Positions 40,432 through 49,488 of a stretch of 64,000 bases of DNA are shown here, one piece after another. The position numbers were made by a program, and so were the translations under genes. Numbering within the stretch: the stretch's first letter is position 1; each line of letters starts with the position of its first letter. A model generated the notes under the pieces. It was not told the DNA's origin. It searched no databases and was given only the letters and a program-made list of their open reading frames with translations. Source of the DNA: a bacterium. GTDB taxonomy: Bacteria > Cyanobacteriota > Vampirovibrionia > Gastranaerophilales > JBAXKC01. The DNA lies in the NCBI GenBank assembly GCA_037137535.1, contig JBAXKC010000001.1:96001-160000 (forward strand), written 5' to 3'.

Positions 40432-41307
40432 TTAGTCTCCTACTTTTTTTACTACATCGTCTATTACATAATCTGGAGTTGAAGCTCCCGCCGTCACTCC
40501 TATTTTTTGAGCCTTTTCTATTAGACTCATGTGCAGATCCAACTCTTCATATGTCTCTATATGAATAGCATCTGTTATAGTGCTTATTATCTCCGCTAAA
40601 TGCGTTGTATTTGCACTATTTTTACTTCCCACAACAATCATTAAATCAACTTCTTTAGCAAGTTCTTTTGCTGCAAGTTGTCTTTTATGAGTTGCATGAC
40701 AAATTGTATTATAAAGTTTTAATTCCTTTGCATATTCAGCAATAATAGGTAATATTTCTTTAAAATTCTCAACTAATTGAGTAGTCTGAATTACAATTCC
40801 GATTTTTTTACTGTTTTTAATAAGAGAAATATATTTTAAAACTTCTTCTTTTGAAGAAATCACAATAGCTTCATTCTCCGCATTCAAATCAGCATAAGCC
40901 TTAATTCCTATGACTTCGGGATGATCGGCCTTGCCTATTATAATTACCTGATAACCTTCTTTTGATAAATCCTGTGCTTTATCTTGAACTCTTTTTACGT
41001 CAGGACAAGTTGCATCAATTATCTTACAGCCCTTTGCTTTAAGCTCTGTAATTGTTTGAGGAGTTGCACCATGTGTTCTTATAATACATGTTCCGTCAAT
41101 TTTATCAGGAATTTCATCTATAGTTTTTATACCTAAAGAATTTAATTGATCAATAACCTGATTATTGTGAATTAATTGTCCCAAAATATAAACTTGTTCA
41201 TCTGGATTTTCTTTTTTAATTTTTATAGATAAATCTACAGCTCTCTTTACGCCATAACAAAAACCGGCATTTTTAGCTAACCGTATGATTTTTTTAGTGC
41301 TATTCAG
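40432..41307 (-). CDS. ispH: 4-hydroxy-3-methylbut-2-enyl diphosphate reductase; start extended to CTG 41307
   Basis: The in-frame upstream segment encodes IRLAKNAGFCYGVKRAV. Also LIHN, RTHG, DATCP, HPEV, NTICHAT, SANT, TAGASTP. Confidence 0.93.
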   Translation of the reverse strand: MNSTKKIIRLAKNAGFCYGVKRAVDLSIKIKKENPDEQVYILGQLIHNNQVIDQLNSLGIKTIDEIPDKIDGTCIIRTHGATPQTITELKAKGCKIIDATCPDVKRVQDKAQDLSKEGYQVIIIGKADHPEVIGIKAYADLNAENEAIVISSKEEVLKYISLIKNSKKIGIVIQTTQLVENFKEILPIIAEYAKELKLYNTICHATHKRQLAAKELAKEVDLMIVVGSKNSANTTHLAEIISTITDAIHIETYEELDLHMSLIEKAQKIGVTAGASTPDYVIDDVVKKVGD

Positions 41308-41491
41308 AAAAAGGTACGCTCCTAACTTTCAGATTTGCGATTTTAAATCCTTATAAGCATTATCCATGTGTTTGTTGGCTTAAATAATTTATTATCACTA
41401 TATAATTTTTAACATAGTGATAATAAAAATTCAAATGGTTTTTATAATTCAATATGTAGTTTGTGTTTTCAGAAAAAACTGACAATCTTAT

Positions 41492-42721
41492 TTAATCTTT
41501 ATCTCTATGTTTAAGTTTCACTATTTTACAAGCATTACAAGTTTTCATATTTTCAAGCATTGCTTTTTCCATTTTGTCATCAAATTTAACTTTTCCATTC
41601 TCATGAATAAGCCAAGGATAATCATCTTGATCTTTTTGCCAAAGAGGTTTAACTTTCCATCCTGAATTTTTTAAAATCAAATCATTTTGATATTCTATTA
41701 AATCTTTATTTGGAACATATTTCACACGAGGAGAATTGGGCGACAAATTTTCATTTTTAATTACAATTCTTTGACTGACTTCATTTAAGAAAGAATAAAC
41801 ATATTTACTTTTTCCCTCTTCTCCATGAATATCAAGAATAACTCCTGCTTTAGAAAGTGCGTCGGCAGACTCTTGATACTTACCTTCATCGTTTAATAAG
41901 ATAGCCAAATTATAATGAGCCTCATAATTTAACGGTGATAAATTTATAGCCTTACAATACTCTTCTGTTGCCTGCTGCTTTCTTCCAAGAAGTTGCAAAG
42001 CAATAGCATAATTATAATGGGACTCATACACATTAGGCTCTATTTTAATTGAATTTTTATAACTCTCTGCCGCTCTTTGCAAAAAGATTTGTGCAGATGT
42101 CCCGTTTAGCCCCATAAGTATTGCTTTATCCCTATAAGCCAATCCCATGTTATAATAAGCAATAGCCTTACTATGAAGCACATGATATTCATTATTATAA
42201 ATAAACGGAATTTTTATAATTGAGAGCTTTGAATCTACAACTTTTTGATATTGTTCAATACCTTCGTCTATGTCTTTTAATTTTCTATCTAAAACTATGC
42301 CTAGATTTATTCTTGCATTGAAAAAATCCGGAGCTGTTTTTAAGGCTTCTTCATAATAGTCTGCTGCTGTTTCATAAGATTCATAAGCTACATATATGTT
42401 TCCAAGATTATATCGAGCCTTAACATGCTCAGGATATAGATCAAGAGCTTTCTGATAGTTTTCTAACGCACTTTGTAAGCTGTTTTCATCATCAGTCGTG
42501 TCATCTACAACTTCATCCTGCATTGAGTTCGCATTTTCTTTATCAGTTTTTTCAAATTTTTTATAGTCCTGATCGCCCTCAAACACATAGAAATAAGCGA
42601 TAGTATGCCTTACAGTCTCAACAATTTTATCCGCAAACAAAATCCCCATCATTACTATGCAAATAACAATGCTTATAATTACACTTTTATTTAAAAACTT
42701 TTTTATATTTCTAAAAAACAG
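41492..42721 (-). CDS. Membrane-anchored TPR protein; probable CTG start at 42721
   Basis: Multiple TPRs (ARYNLGNIY, AYYNMGLAY, AHYNLAILL). The upstream in-frame extension completes a TM helix. Confidence 0.8.
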   Translation of the reverse strand: MFFRNIKKFLNKSVIISIVICIVMMGILFADKIVETVRHTIAYFYVFEGDQDYKKFEKTDKENANSMQDEVVDDTTDDENSLQSALENYQKALDLYPEHVKARYNLGNIYVAYESYETAADYYEEALKTAPDFFNARINLGIVLDRKLKDIDEGIEQYQKVVDSKLSIIKIPFIYNNEYHVLHSKAIAYYNMGLAYRDKAILMGLNGTSAQIFLQRAAESYKNSIKIEPNVYESHYNYAIALQLLGRKQQATEEYCKAINLSPLNYEAHYNLAILLNDEGKYQESADALSKAGVILDIHGEEGKSKYVYSFLNEVSQRIVIKNENLSPNSPRVKYVPNKDLIEYQNDLILKNSGWKVKPLWQKDQDDYPWLIHENGKVKFDDKMEKAMLENMKTCNACKIVKLKHRDKD

Positions 42722-42977
42722 AGTATTGTACCTTACTTTACTAATTTAAACTTTATTAACCAACTGAAATGACCTTTATTATTAATCTATAAACTCTTAT
42801 CAAAAGTCGACATAACCCACAATAAAATATAACTGTCCTATCTTATGTTAACTTAAAAAACATGATAATTATACCAGTAGATAGCCCTAGTAGGGAATTT
42901 ATATTTCAGACCAAGTTTGGTTTTATAATAATACACACGCATATATTCGACTCTTACCCAGACACGATCCAGCTATT

Positions 42978-43004
42978 AATACCGGTTAATCCGGTATTTT
43001 TTTT
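42978..43004 (+). terminator. Orphan plus-strand intrinsic terminator
   Basis: AATACCGG-ttaat-CCGGTA followed by T8; no annotated plus-strand gene upstream. Confidence 0.7.
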
Positions 43005-43024
43005 ATTCAAGTATATTTCTTCAA

Positions 43025-43062
43025 AAAAATAAACTCCTGCACTGAGCGAGGAGTTTATTTTT
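43025..43062 (-). terminator. Terminator of the HU gene
   Basis: AAAAATAAACTCCT / AGGAGTTTATTTTT. Confidence 0.8.
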
Positions 43063-43078
43063 AATAGTAATAATAAAA

Positions 43079-43354
43079 TTACTTAGAAACTGCTTCTTTG
43101 AATTTTTTACCTGCTGTGAACACAGGAACTGTTTTTTCAGGAATTTGAATTTCCGCACCAGTTTGTGGATTTCTTCCTGTTTTAGCTGCTCTCTTACGAG
43201 CTTCAAAAGTTCCAAAGCCAACTAATGTTACTTTTTTGCCTTTAGAAACGGTTTTTTCTACAGTTGCTAAAATGGTTGTTAGGATTTCAGAAGCTTCTTT
43301 TTGTGTTACTTTAGCTTTCTTCGCAATCTCTTTTACTAACTCTTCTTTGTTCAT
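43079..43354 (-). CDS. hup: DNA-binding protein HU
   Basis: MNKEELVKEIA, VTLVGFGTF, GRNPQTG; ATG 43354 after GGAGG. Confidence 0.96.
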   Translation of the reverse strand: MNKEELVKEIAKKAKVTQKEASEILTTILATVEKTVSKGKKVTLVGFGTFEARKRAAKTGRNPQTGAEIQIPEKTVPVFTAGKKFKEAVSK

Positions 43355-43600
43355 GGTTACCTCCAATGTTCGACATATTAAATTATACTTATTTTGCCAT
43401 TTAACGCAAGGGGGTAATCCATAATAGCGTTTTAAAATGATACTTTTAGAGTAAATTTATAATTTATAAAATGAATACAACTGACAAAATAAACATAGCA
43501 AAGTCCTTATATATCAATCAATCTAGTACATTATGTTTAATGCACCAGATTAAGCATTATTTTTTATAATTAATCTATTTATTAATTAAATGCTTCCCAC

Positions 43601-45040
43601 TTAACAATCTTTACAATTGATAGGTTCTAACATTCCAATACCCGATACATTAGGTATTTCATATTTATTTCTTTCAGCGTCACTAAGCTCTTTCGAGTCA
43701 ATATATTTATAATTTCCCCTAAAATATTGATTAGATTCAAAAATATTTTTACTAATTTTGCAATAATCAAAAGCTGATGATGATATATCAGTATCCTTAA
43801 AGTGAGCATCTAACAAATCTGAATAAGCAAAATCACAATTAGTTATCCTTGCTGAAGAGAAATTACAACCTAATTTTGCATTAATAAAACTACTATCCGT
43901 AATAGTTGAATGTTCAAAATTAACGTATTGATTATTTGTTCCATTAAAACAACAAGTTTTTAAAGATGAGGTACTAAAATCATTTTTCCATAATGAAGTA
44001 TTAGAAAAATCAATATTTTCCATTTTGGTATTTAAAAAGCTGCTGTTTATTAAACTAGCCTCTTTAATACTGCAATTATTAAGCATAGAATCATCAAAAT
44101 TTGCGGCAAAAGATGAAATTTTAGAAAAATCACAGTCATTTATCGTACATTTATTAAACGAGGTTTTATTTAGTTTTTCATTTGTAAAATTCTGATTATT
44201 AAAACTTTCATTTATAAAGGATTTCCCCTCAATTTTATTATTTTTAAAGTTTTTCTCTCTTGTGTAATACATTTTTTCAAAAGATTGATTTTCTTTATGT
44301 TGACGTTTATATTTACTTGCCTCTTTCTGCTTTTCATAATCCTCATAAGCATCTATAGGCGTTGATAAATCATAGTCAATAATTTCTGATTTTGGGACAC
44401 CATTATCATCTATATATTTTACAACGTTCCAACTATGAGCTTCGCCTTTAAATCCGCCTGTTATAGAAGCTCTTGGCCTATGCCTATCATCATTGTCAAA
44501 AACATTATCACAAATCAACTTAAAAAGAGCGCTCCTGTGCCTACATACACCGGCTCCATTCTCCACAATATCTCCCAGATCAAATTTTTGTTTTACCAGC
44601 ATCGAATGGTAATAGTATTGATTAGTTATAGCTAAGCTTTCTTTATCCTTAAATTTTGAGAAAACCTTACTTATATAATTTTGAATAATTCTAATTTTTT
44701 TCTCGTTCGAATTTACAAGGCTGGTTTGTTCTTTCAGCTCTGTGATAATTTCTTTAATTTTAGGGTGTTGTGAATTTATTTTAAACTCCCAAATTTGAGT
44801 GCCATCGAGCAATTTATCATTATAACCAATGAAACCTTTATTTTTATACTGTTCTGTTTGCATTTCAGGTGTAGTTTTATGACCTTTAAATGAAACCAAC
44901 TGAGTTAAAAAGTCTTTATTTATACTCTTAGAATGAATTAAAGAGGCATTATAAGAGATTAATGGAATTACAAGTCTATTATTATTAGCATTAGAAACAT
45001 TTTCTTTTTTATAATTATTCTGATTAAACGATATTTTCAT
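43601..45040 (-). CDS. EDR1/transglutaminase-like Cys-His-Asp domain fused to pentapeptide repeats
   Basis: GVCRHRSALFK, AHSWNVV, IIDYD; C-terminal ANFDDSMLNNCSIKEASLINSSFLN repeats. Confidence 0.75.
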   Translation of the reverse strand: MKISFNQNNYKKENVSNANNNRLVIPLISYNASLIHSKSINKDFLTQLVSFKGHKTTPEMQTEQYKNKGFIGYNDKLLDGTQIWEFKINSQHPKIKEIITELKEQTSLVNSNEKKIRIIQNYISKVFSKFKDKESLAITNQYYYHSMLVKQKFDLGDIVENGAGVCRHRSALFKLICDNVFDNDDRHRPRASITGGFKGEAHSWNVVKYIDDNGVPKSEIIDYDLSTPIDAYEDYEKQKEASKYKRQHKENQSFEKMYYTREKNFKNNKIEGKSFINESFNNQNFTNEKLNKTSFNKCTINDCDFSKISSFAANFDDSMLNNCSIKEASLINSSFLNTKMENIDFSNTSLWKNDFSTSSLKTCCFNGTNNQYVNFEHSTITDSSFINAKLGCNFSSARITNCDFAYSDLLDAHFKDTDISSSAFDYCKISKNIFESNQYFRGNYKYIDSKELSDAERNKYEIPNVSGIGMLEPINCKDC

Positions 45041-45309
45041 TGCATAGTCTCTATAACGTAATACCTTAATTAAATTAAAAAAAAACTATTTTATTAATGT
45101 GAATAAACTAATTAAAACCAAAAGAATTTTAACATCCTGTTACAAAGAGCGAATAATAATAAGAAAAAATCAAGGTTCTTCAAATTTATTATTTTATAAA
45201 AGATTTTTTATAAAAAACTAGTATGTTTAATATGTTTTTGTTATATTAGTGGCTTACTAAATTTATACTTATTATTTATAAAAACAAACTAAAAGAAAGA
45301 CTAAAGGAC

Positions 45310-45561
45310 ATGAACAATAATACACAAGTTGAAAATGCAAAGTTTCTTTTTTTAAGAGAAACTTCCAAAAAGACTCTTTACAGACTAGCCGATCTAATTG
45401 AAAAAGACCCTTATCCTCTTTTTAAAGCAACAAGAGCAGGACTTTTCAAAGGAATTAAAAGAGAAGCAATAAATTATCTTGAAGAGAAAAAACAAACAGT
45501 AAAACTCCATAAAACAAAACAAGATCTTCAAACAGTAATAGACCTTTTATATCAAGAATAA
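45310..45561 (+). CDS. Hypothetical protein
   Basis: AAGGA RBS; terminator follows. Confidence 0.65.
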   Translation: MNNNTQVENAKFLFLRETSKKTLYRLADLIEKDPYPLFKATRAGLFKGIKREAINYLEEKKQTVKLHKTKQDLQTVIDLLYQE

Positions 45562-45576
45562 TTCAAAATAAACTAC

Positions 45577-45617
45577 AAAAAGCCCTCACCGATAAAAATT
45601 TATCCTGAGGGCTTTTT
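45577..45617. terminator. Bidirectional terminator
   Basis: AAAAAGCCCTCA / TGAGGGCTTTTT between convergent genes. Confidence 0.75.
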
Positions 45618-45632
45618 ATTTTTAAAAAATAT

Positions 45633-45929
45633 TTATGCAACTTCGTTCTGTAAGGTTTGTTTCTGTATTTTATGAATTACACTGTCAACTAATAATTCAT
45701 AATAAACTGTGTTTTTAATCTCTGCTGAAAATTCTCTAATAAGTGAATCTTCGACAATAGCTCTAAGTTCGCTCACCGGATCTGTTTCCTTTTTCATTCC
45801 CGGACAAATAAAATCGATATAATCAGACGTTATTTTATAGTCCTGTACCTCTGTAAATAAAAACCACTTTAGCTTGACACCTAAATCCTTAATCTTATTA
45901 GTGAATTTAAGATTTTTGTTTAATTTCAT
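45633..45929 (-). CDS. Hypothetical protein
   Basis: GAGGGA RBS; plausible protein composition. Confidence 0.65.
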   Translation of the reverse strand: MKLNKNLKFTNKIKDLGVKLKWFLFTEVQDYKITSDYIDFICPGMKKETDPVSELRAIVEDSLIREFSAEIKNTVYYELLVDSVIHKIQKQTLQNEVA

Positions 45930-46077
45930 AAAAATACGTCCCTCAGGTCTTCTTTATTTTCGATTCCACTCACAGCTTAAAATGATAGACTACAAACTAA
46001 TTACTATTTCTTACTCATGTCTAATAAAACAGAACACAGTATAAAATTCACCTAATTCATAAAAATATTAAGAAAAA

Positions 46078-46467
46078 TTAACATAAATGAGGATCATCAA
46101 TTTCTATCCTCTCTATTAAAGGTAAATTCTTATAAAACACTACTGTGACAATGCTGTTTAAAGCTGTGTCTACCTTATAATACTCACTTATAAAAGAAAG
46201 CACATCAGCCTTTTGTCGTAATGTTGATTTGTATTTTGCCAACAATTCATCTGACAGCTGATCTATTGTCATAAGCTGCATTTCTTGAGAAATAATTCCA
46301 CGTCTTACAATATTACCGCCAACCCTTATTTCAACAGGATCTCCTTTTACGTAATATGCATTATCAAAATATAAAGAGCCCGGACGAATTGCTATAACCT
46401 CTTCATCATTTTTTTCTGCGATAACTTCGTCATAAAAATTTTCTGACCAATTAATTGCTTTTGGCAT
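46078..46467 (-). CDS. Hypothetical protein, possibly ASCH/PUA-like
   Basis: AINWSENFYDEV...IAIRPG...YVKGDPVEI pattern; GGGGG RBS. Confidence 0.65.
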   Translation of the reverse strand: MPKAINWSENFYDEVIAEKNDEEVIAIRPGSLYFDNAYYVKGDPVEIRVGGNIVRRGIISQEMQLMTIDQLSDELLAKYKSTLRQKADVLSFISEYYKVDTALNSIVTVVFYKNLPLIERIEIDDPHLC

Positions 46468-46603
46468 AGATTACCCCCTAATCACAAAGCCGAATAATAT
46501 AGTATAACTTAATTTCAAAATATTTCATACAAATAATTGTTGCGCAACAAACATATAATAATACATACTTGAATTTAATACGGCAGAAACAAGGATTAAA
46601 AAA

Positions 46604-46828
46604 TTGGGTAAATCTAAAAAAAGAATTCTCTGTAAAGGGAAGAATCAATGTTTTGAGATGGAAATGACCCGAGAACAAGCAGTTGAAAGGGTCTTTGATG
46701 AACTATGCCAAAATCCTGCAAGTATTGCAGCAAAGAAAATAATTACTCTTTTCGGATTAAAAGCGGAAGAATTATCCGAAAAAGGCGTAAACTATGAGAT
46801 TTTAAGGGCTTTAGACAACATAATTTAA
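46604..46828 (+). CDS. Small hypothetical protein (true start may be the later ATG, MEMTREQ...)
   Basis: Plausible helical sequence ITLFGLKAEELSEKGVNYEILRAL. Confidence 0.55.
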   Translation: MGKSKKRILCKGKNQCFEMEMTREQAVERVFDELCQNPASIAAKKIITLFGLKAEELSEKGVNYEILRALDNII

Positions 46829-47049
46829 AAACAGAAAGAGAGTCATTATACTCGATAACAACTCTCTTGGTTCTGTTATTCTTAATTCCAGACAACAGTT
46901 TAATCTACCTGCCATCTTCTTGACTATTTTAATATACCACATTGTTAAAAAAATAAAACGTTAATTTTAATTTATTTTTTATCCTTCAACAGAACTATTA
47001 ATAAATTTAAAAATCTGCAAGATTCTTAATGGAAATCTTTTTAAAAATT

Positions 47050-48090
47050 TTAGGCATTTTTACGGATATGAGCTTTACTTGTACCTGCTTCATCAGAGAT
47101 ATAACGACCAATACCTGAAAGCCTGTTCGCAAGATTTTGCCTGTAAGTATCCGCAGCAACCGTTGGTATTGGTTTCCCCGGATATAACTGATAAAACTCT
47201 CTATATTCACCCTCAGAGACATTTGGCATTATAACATTTGCTCCGCTTTGCAATGCAATAAATCTACCATTTGGATTTAAAGCCTCCATTGCTGTTGTAG
47301 CAGGCAAATTAATATCAGGAAGAAGCAGACGAGTAATAGCCATAACTTTTAAAGCCATTATAAATTCTCCACCCTTTTCTTCACGTAATGGTGTATCAGG
47401 ATTCGGAATAAAAGGTCCTATTCCAATCATATCCGCTCCAATTTCCTTGAAGAAAAGGATATCTTCAGCTAGAGATTGAAGAGTTTGTCCTGGCAGTCCG
47501 ACCATACAGCCTGTTCCTACTTCATAATTATATTTTCTAAGATTTTTAAGGCATTCTACTCTATTATCAAAGTCCATTCCTGGATTTAATTTATGATACA
47601 ATTCCACATCAGTAGTTTCTATACGAACGAGAAATCTATCAGCACCTGCTTCTCTGAATTTTTTATATTCTTCTTCTGATCGTTCACCGATACTTAAAGT
47701 TATAGCGACACCTAAATCATGAATCCCTTTAATTATCTTCTCAAGTATTTCTACATTATAGTAAGCATCTTCGCCTGATTGAAGAACAATAGTCTTATAT
47801 CCTAAAAGACTCGCATTATGAGCAAGTCTTAGGATTTCCTCAACTTCAAGCCTATAACGATTAACTTTTTTATTATCTCTTCTTAAACCGCAATACAGAC
47901 AATTTTGCTTACAAATATTAGAAAATTCAATTAAACCTCTTAAATGAACTTCATCGCCAACATATTTATTTCTTGTTCTGTCTGCTGCCTCAAATAAATC
48001 TTTCTCAAACTCAGAACTTTCCAAAAGAGTTATAATTTCTTCTTTTGTCAATTTGTGAGTTTCTTCTGCCTTTGTTATTATATTTATCAT
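47050..48090 (-). CDS. hydE: [FeFe]-hydrogenase H-cluster radical SAM maturase HydE
   Basis: VHLRGLIEFSNICKQNCLYCGLR, VLQSGED, GIGPFIP, PATTA, GANVIMPN, YQLYPGK. Confidence 0.9.
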   Translation of the reverse strand: MINIITKAEETHKLTKEEIITLLESSEFEKDLFEAADRTRNKYVGDEVHLRGLIEFSNICKQNCLYCGLRRDNKKVNRYRLEVEEILRLAHNASLLGYKTIVLQSGEDAYYNVEILEKIIKGIHDLGVAITLSIGERSEEEYKKFREAGADRFLVRIETTDVELYHKLNPGMDFDNRVECLKNLRKYNYEVGTGCMVGLPGQTLQSLAEDILFFKEIGADMIGIGPFIPNPDTPLREEKGGEFIMALKVMAITRLLLPDINLPATTAMEALNPNGRFIALQSGANVIMPNVSEGEYREFYQLYPGKPIPTVAADTYRQNLANRLSGIGRYISDEAGTSKAHIRKNA

Positions 48091-48331
48091 AATATTATTT
48101 CCTAACTATCTTTGTTTTGTAAATCATTATATCAAATTTTTTATTAATAAACTAAACCGTTATTTAATTTAACATTTATTTGACTAAATATAAAAAAAAC
48201 AAATATAATAACAAAATAAATATTTCCACCTATTTAATAATTATTTTTATCAAATAATTACCTTTATATAGTTAGAAACATTATATTAATTTCTCATACA
48301 TTATTTTTTAAATTTACGGAGATATATATAA

Positions 48332-48820
48332 ATGTCAAATAAAATAACCTCCTTATCAGAAGTATTAACAGAGGCTTGTTTTGAAATGATGGGGATGTTC
48401 GGAATTTCTCCTGTTTTCGTAAAGGAAACTGAAAATCCCACTTTAAATACAAAAAGATACATCTACATCACAATTGAATTATCACTAGCATTATCAGGAA
48501 CTATTGTTATAGGACTTCAAAAAGACTTCGCATGGAAACTAATGTCCCACATGATGGGTGGTATGGAAGTAAACGAACTTGATATGATAGCACAAAGCAG
48601 TCTTTGTGAATTTACGAATATGCTTGCAGGGTCAGCATTAATAAAACTTAATTCGCCCGACCTCATTGACTTATCACCACCTGTTATTGAAATCAATGAC
48701 TCAGAAGCTGTAACTGTTATTGCGGAGGTCCCTTCCAAAAAGTTAAACTTTGAAATTGACGATGCCGAATTTCATATTGATGATTCAAAATTTGAAATCA
48801 GCTACATAATTAAAGATTAA
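48332..48820 (+). CDS. cheX: CheX-like chemotaxis phosphatase
   Basis: SSLCEFTNMLAG (ExxN) and DLSPPV. Confidence 0.8.
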   Translation: MSNKITSLSEVLTEACFEMMGMFGISPVFVKETENPTLNTKRYIYITIELSLALSGTIVIGLQKDFAWKLMSHMMGGMEVNELDMIAQSSLCEFTNMLAGSALIKLNSPDLIDLSPPVIEINDSEAVTVIAEVPSKKLNFEIDDAEFHIDDSKFEISYIIKD

Positions 48821-48823
48821 GCT

Positions 48824-48852
48824 AAAAAGACTTCCAGCGAGGAAGTCTTTTT
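48824..48852. terminator. Bidirectional terminator
   Basis: AAAAAGACTTCC / GGAAGTCTTTTT. Confidence 0.8.
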
Positions 48853-48874
48853 ACTATTATATAAATTCAAATAT

Positions 48875-49486
48875 TTACTTCTTGCCAAAAAGAGCCTCTT
48901 CAATAATCGCACATAAAATATGCCCGATTAAAATATGAACTTCCTGAATTCTCGGCGTTATAGAAGAAGGGACACAAAGGCAATAATCAGAGATTAGCTT
49001 CGAGTTTCCGCCTTCTTTTCCTGTAAGACAAACAGACATTATACCCATTTTTTTAGCCTGCTCAAAAGCAGTTATGATATTCGGCGAATTACCCGAAGTT
49101 GTTATACCGATAAAAATATCGCCATTAACTCCATTTGCCTGTACTTGACGGGCAAATACGCTATCATAGCCGTAATCATTACCTATGGCAGTTAAAATAG
49201 ACGTATCAGTCGTTAAAGCTATAGCCGCAAGGCCCGGCCTGTCAAAATAAAACCTGCTGACAAGCTCTCCTGCAATATGTTGCGCATCTGCGGCACTTCC
49301 GCCATTTCCCGCAACAAGAATTTTATTTCCTCGCTGATAAGCCTTAATCGCTTCACTTGCAACATCTTCTATCTGTTTTATAAAGTTTTCGTTTTCCAGT
49401 ACGTTTTTTATAAGCTCATTGTGTTCTTCTATTTGATTTCGTACTGAAATAACCGTATTTTGTATATCCTGCATTAGACGCTCCAA
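48875..49486 (-). CDS. gmhA: Phosphoheptose isomerase
   Basis: GNGGSAADAQH, IGNDYG, TSGNS, TPRIQEVH. Confidence 0.95.
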   Translation of the reverse strand: MERLMQDIQNTVISVRNQIEEHNELIKNVLENENFIKQIEDVASEAIKAYQRGNKILVAGNGGSAADAQHIAGELVSRFYFDRPGLAAIALTTDTSILTAIGNDYGYDSVFARQVQANGVNGDIFIGITTSGNSPNIITAFEQAKKMGIMSVCLTGKEGGNSKLISDYCLCVPSSITPRIQEVHILIGHILCAIIEEALFGKK

Positions 49487-49488
49487 GT

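Noticed and set aside
41388-41427. 14-bp inverted repeat upstream of ispH sharing TATTATCACTATAT with the higBA promoter, as a distal HigA site
   Set aside because: Very AT-rich, with different arm spacing; more simply a terminator for the TPR gene or a promoter element.
42862-43032. 56-aa plus-strand ORF (MIIIPVDSPSREF...)
   Set aside because: No RBS, and it reads straight through a strong terminator; a non-coding interpretation is preferred.
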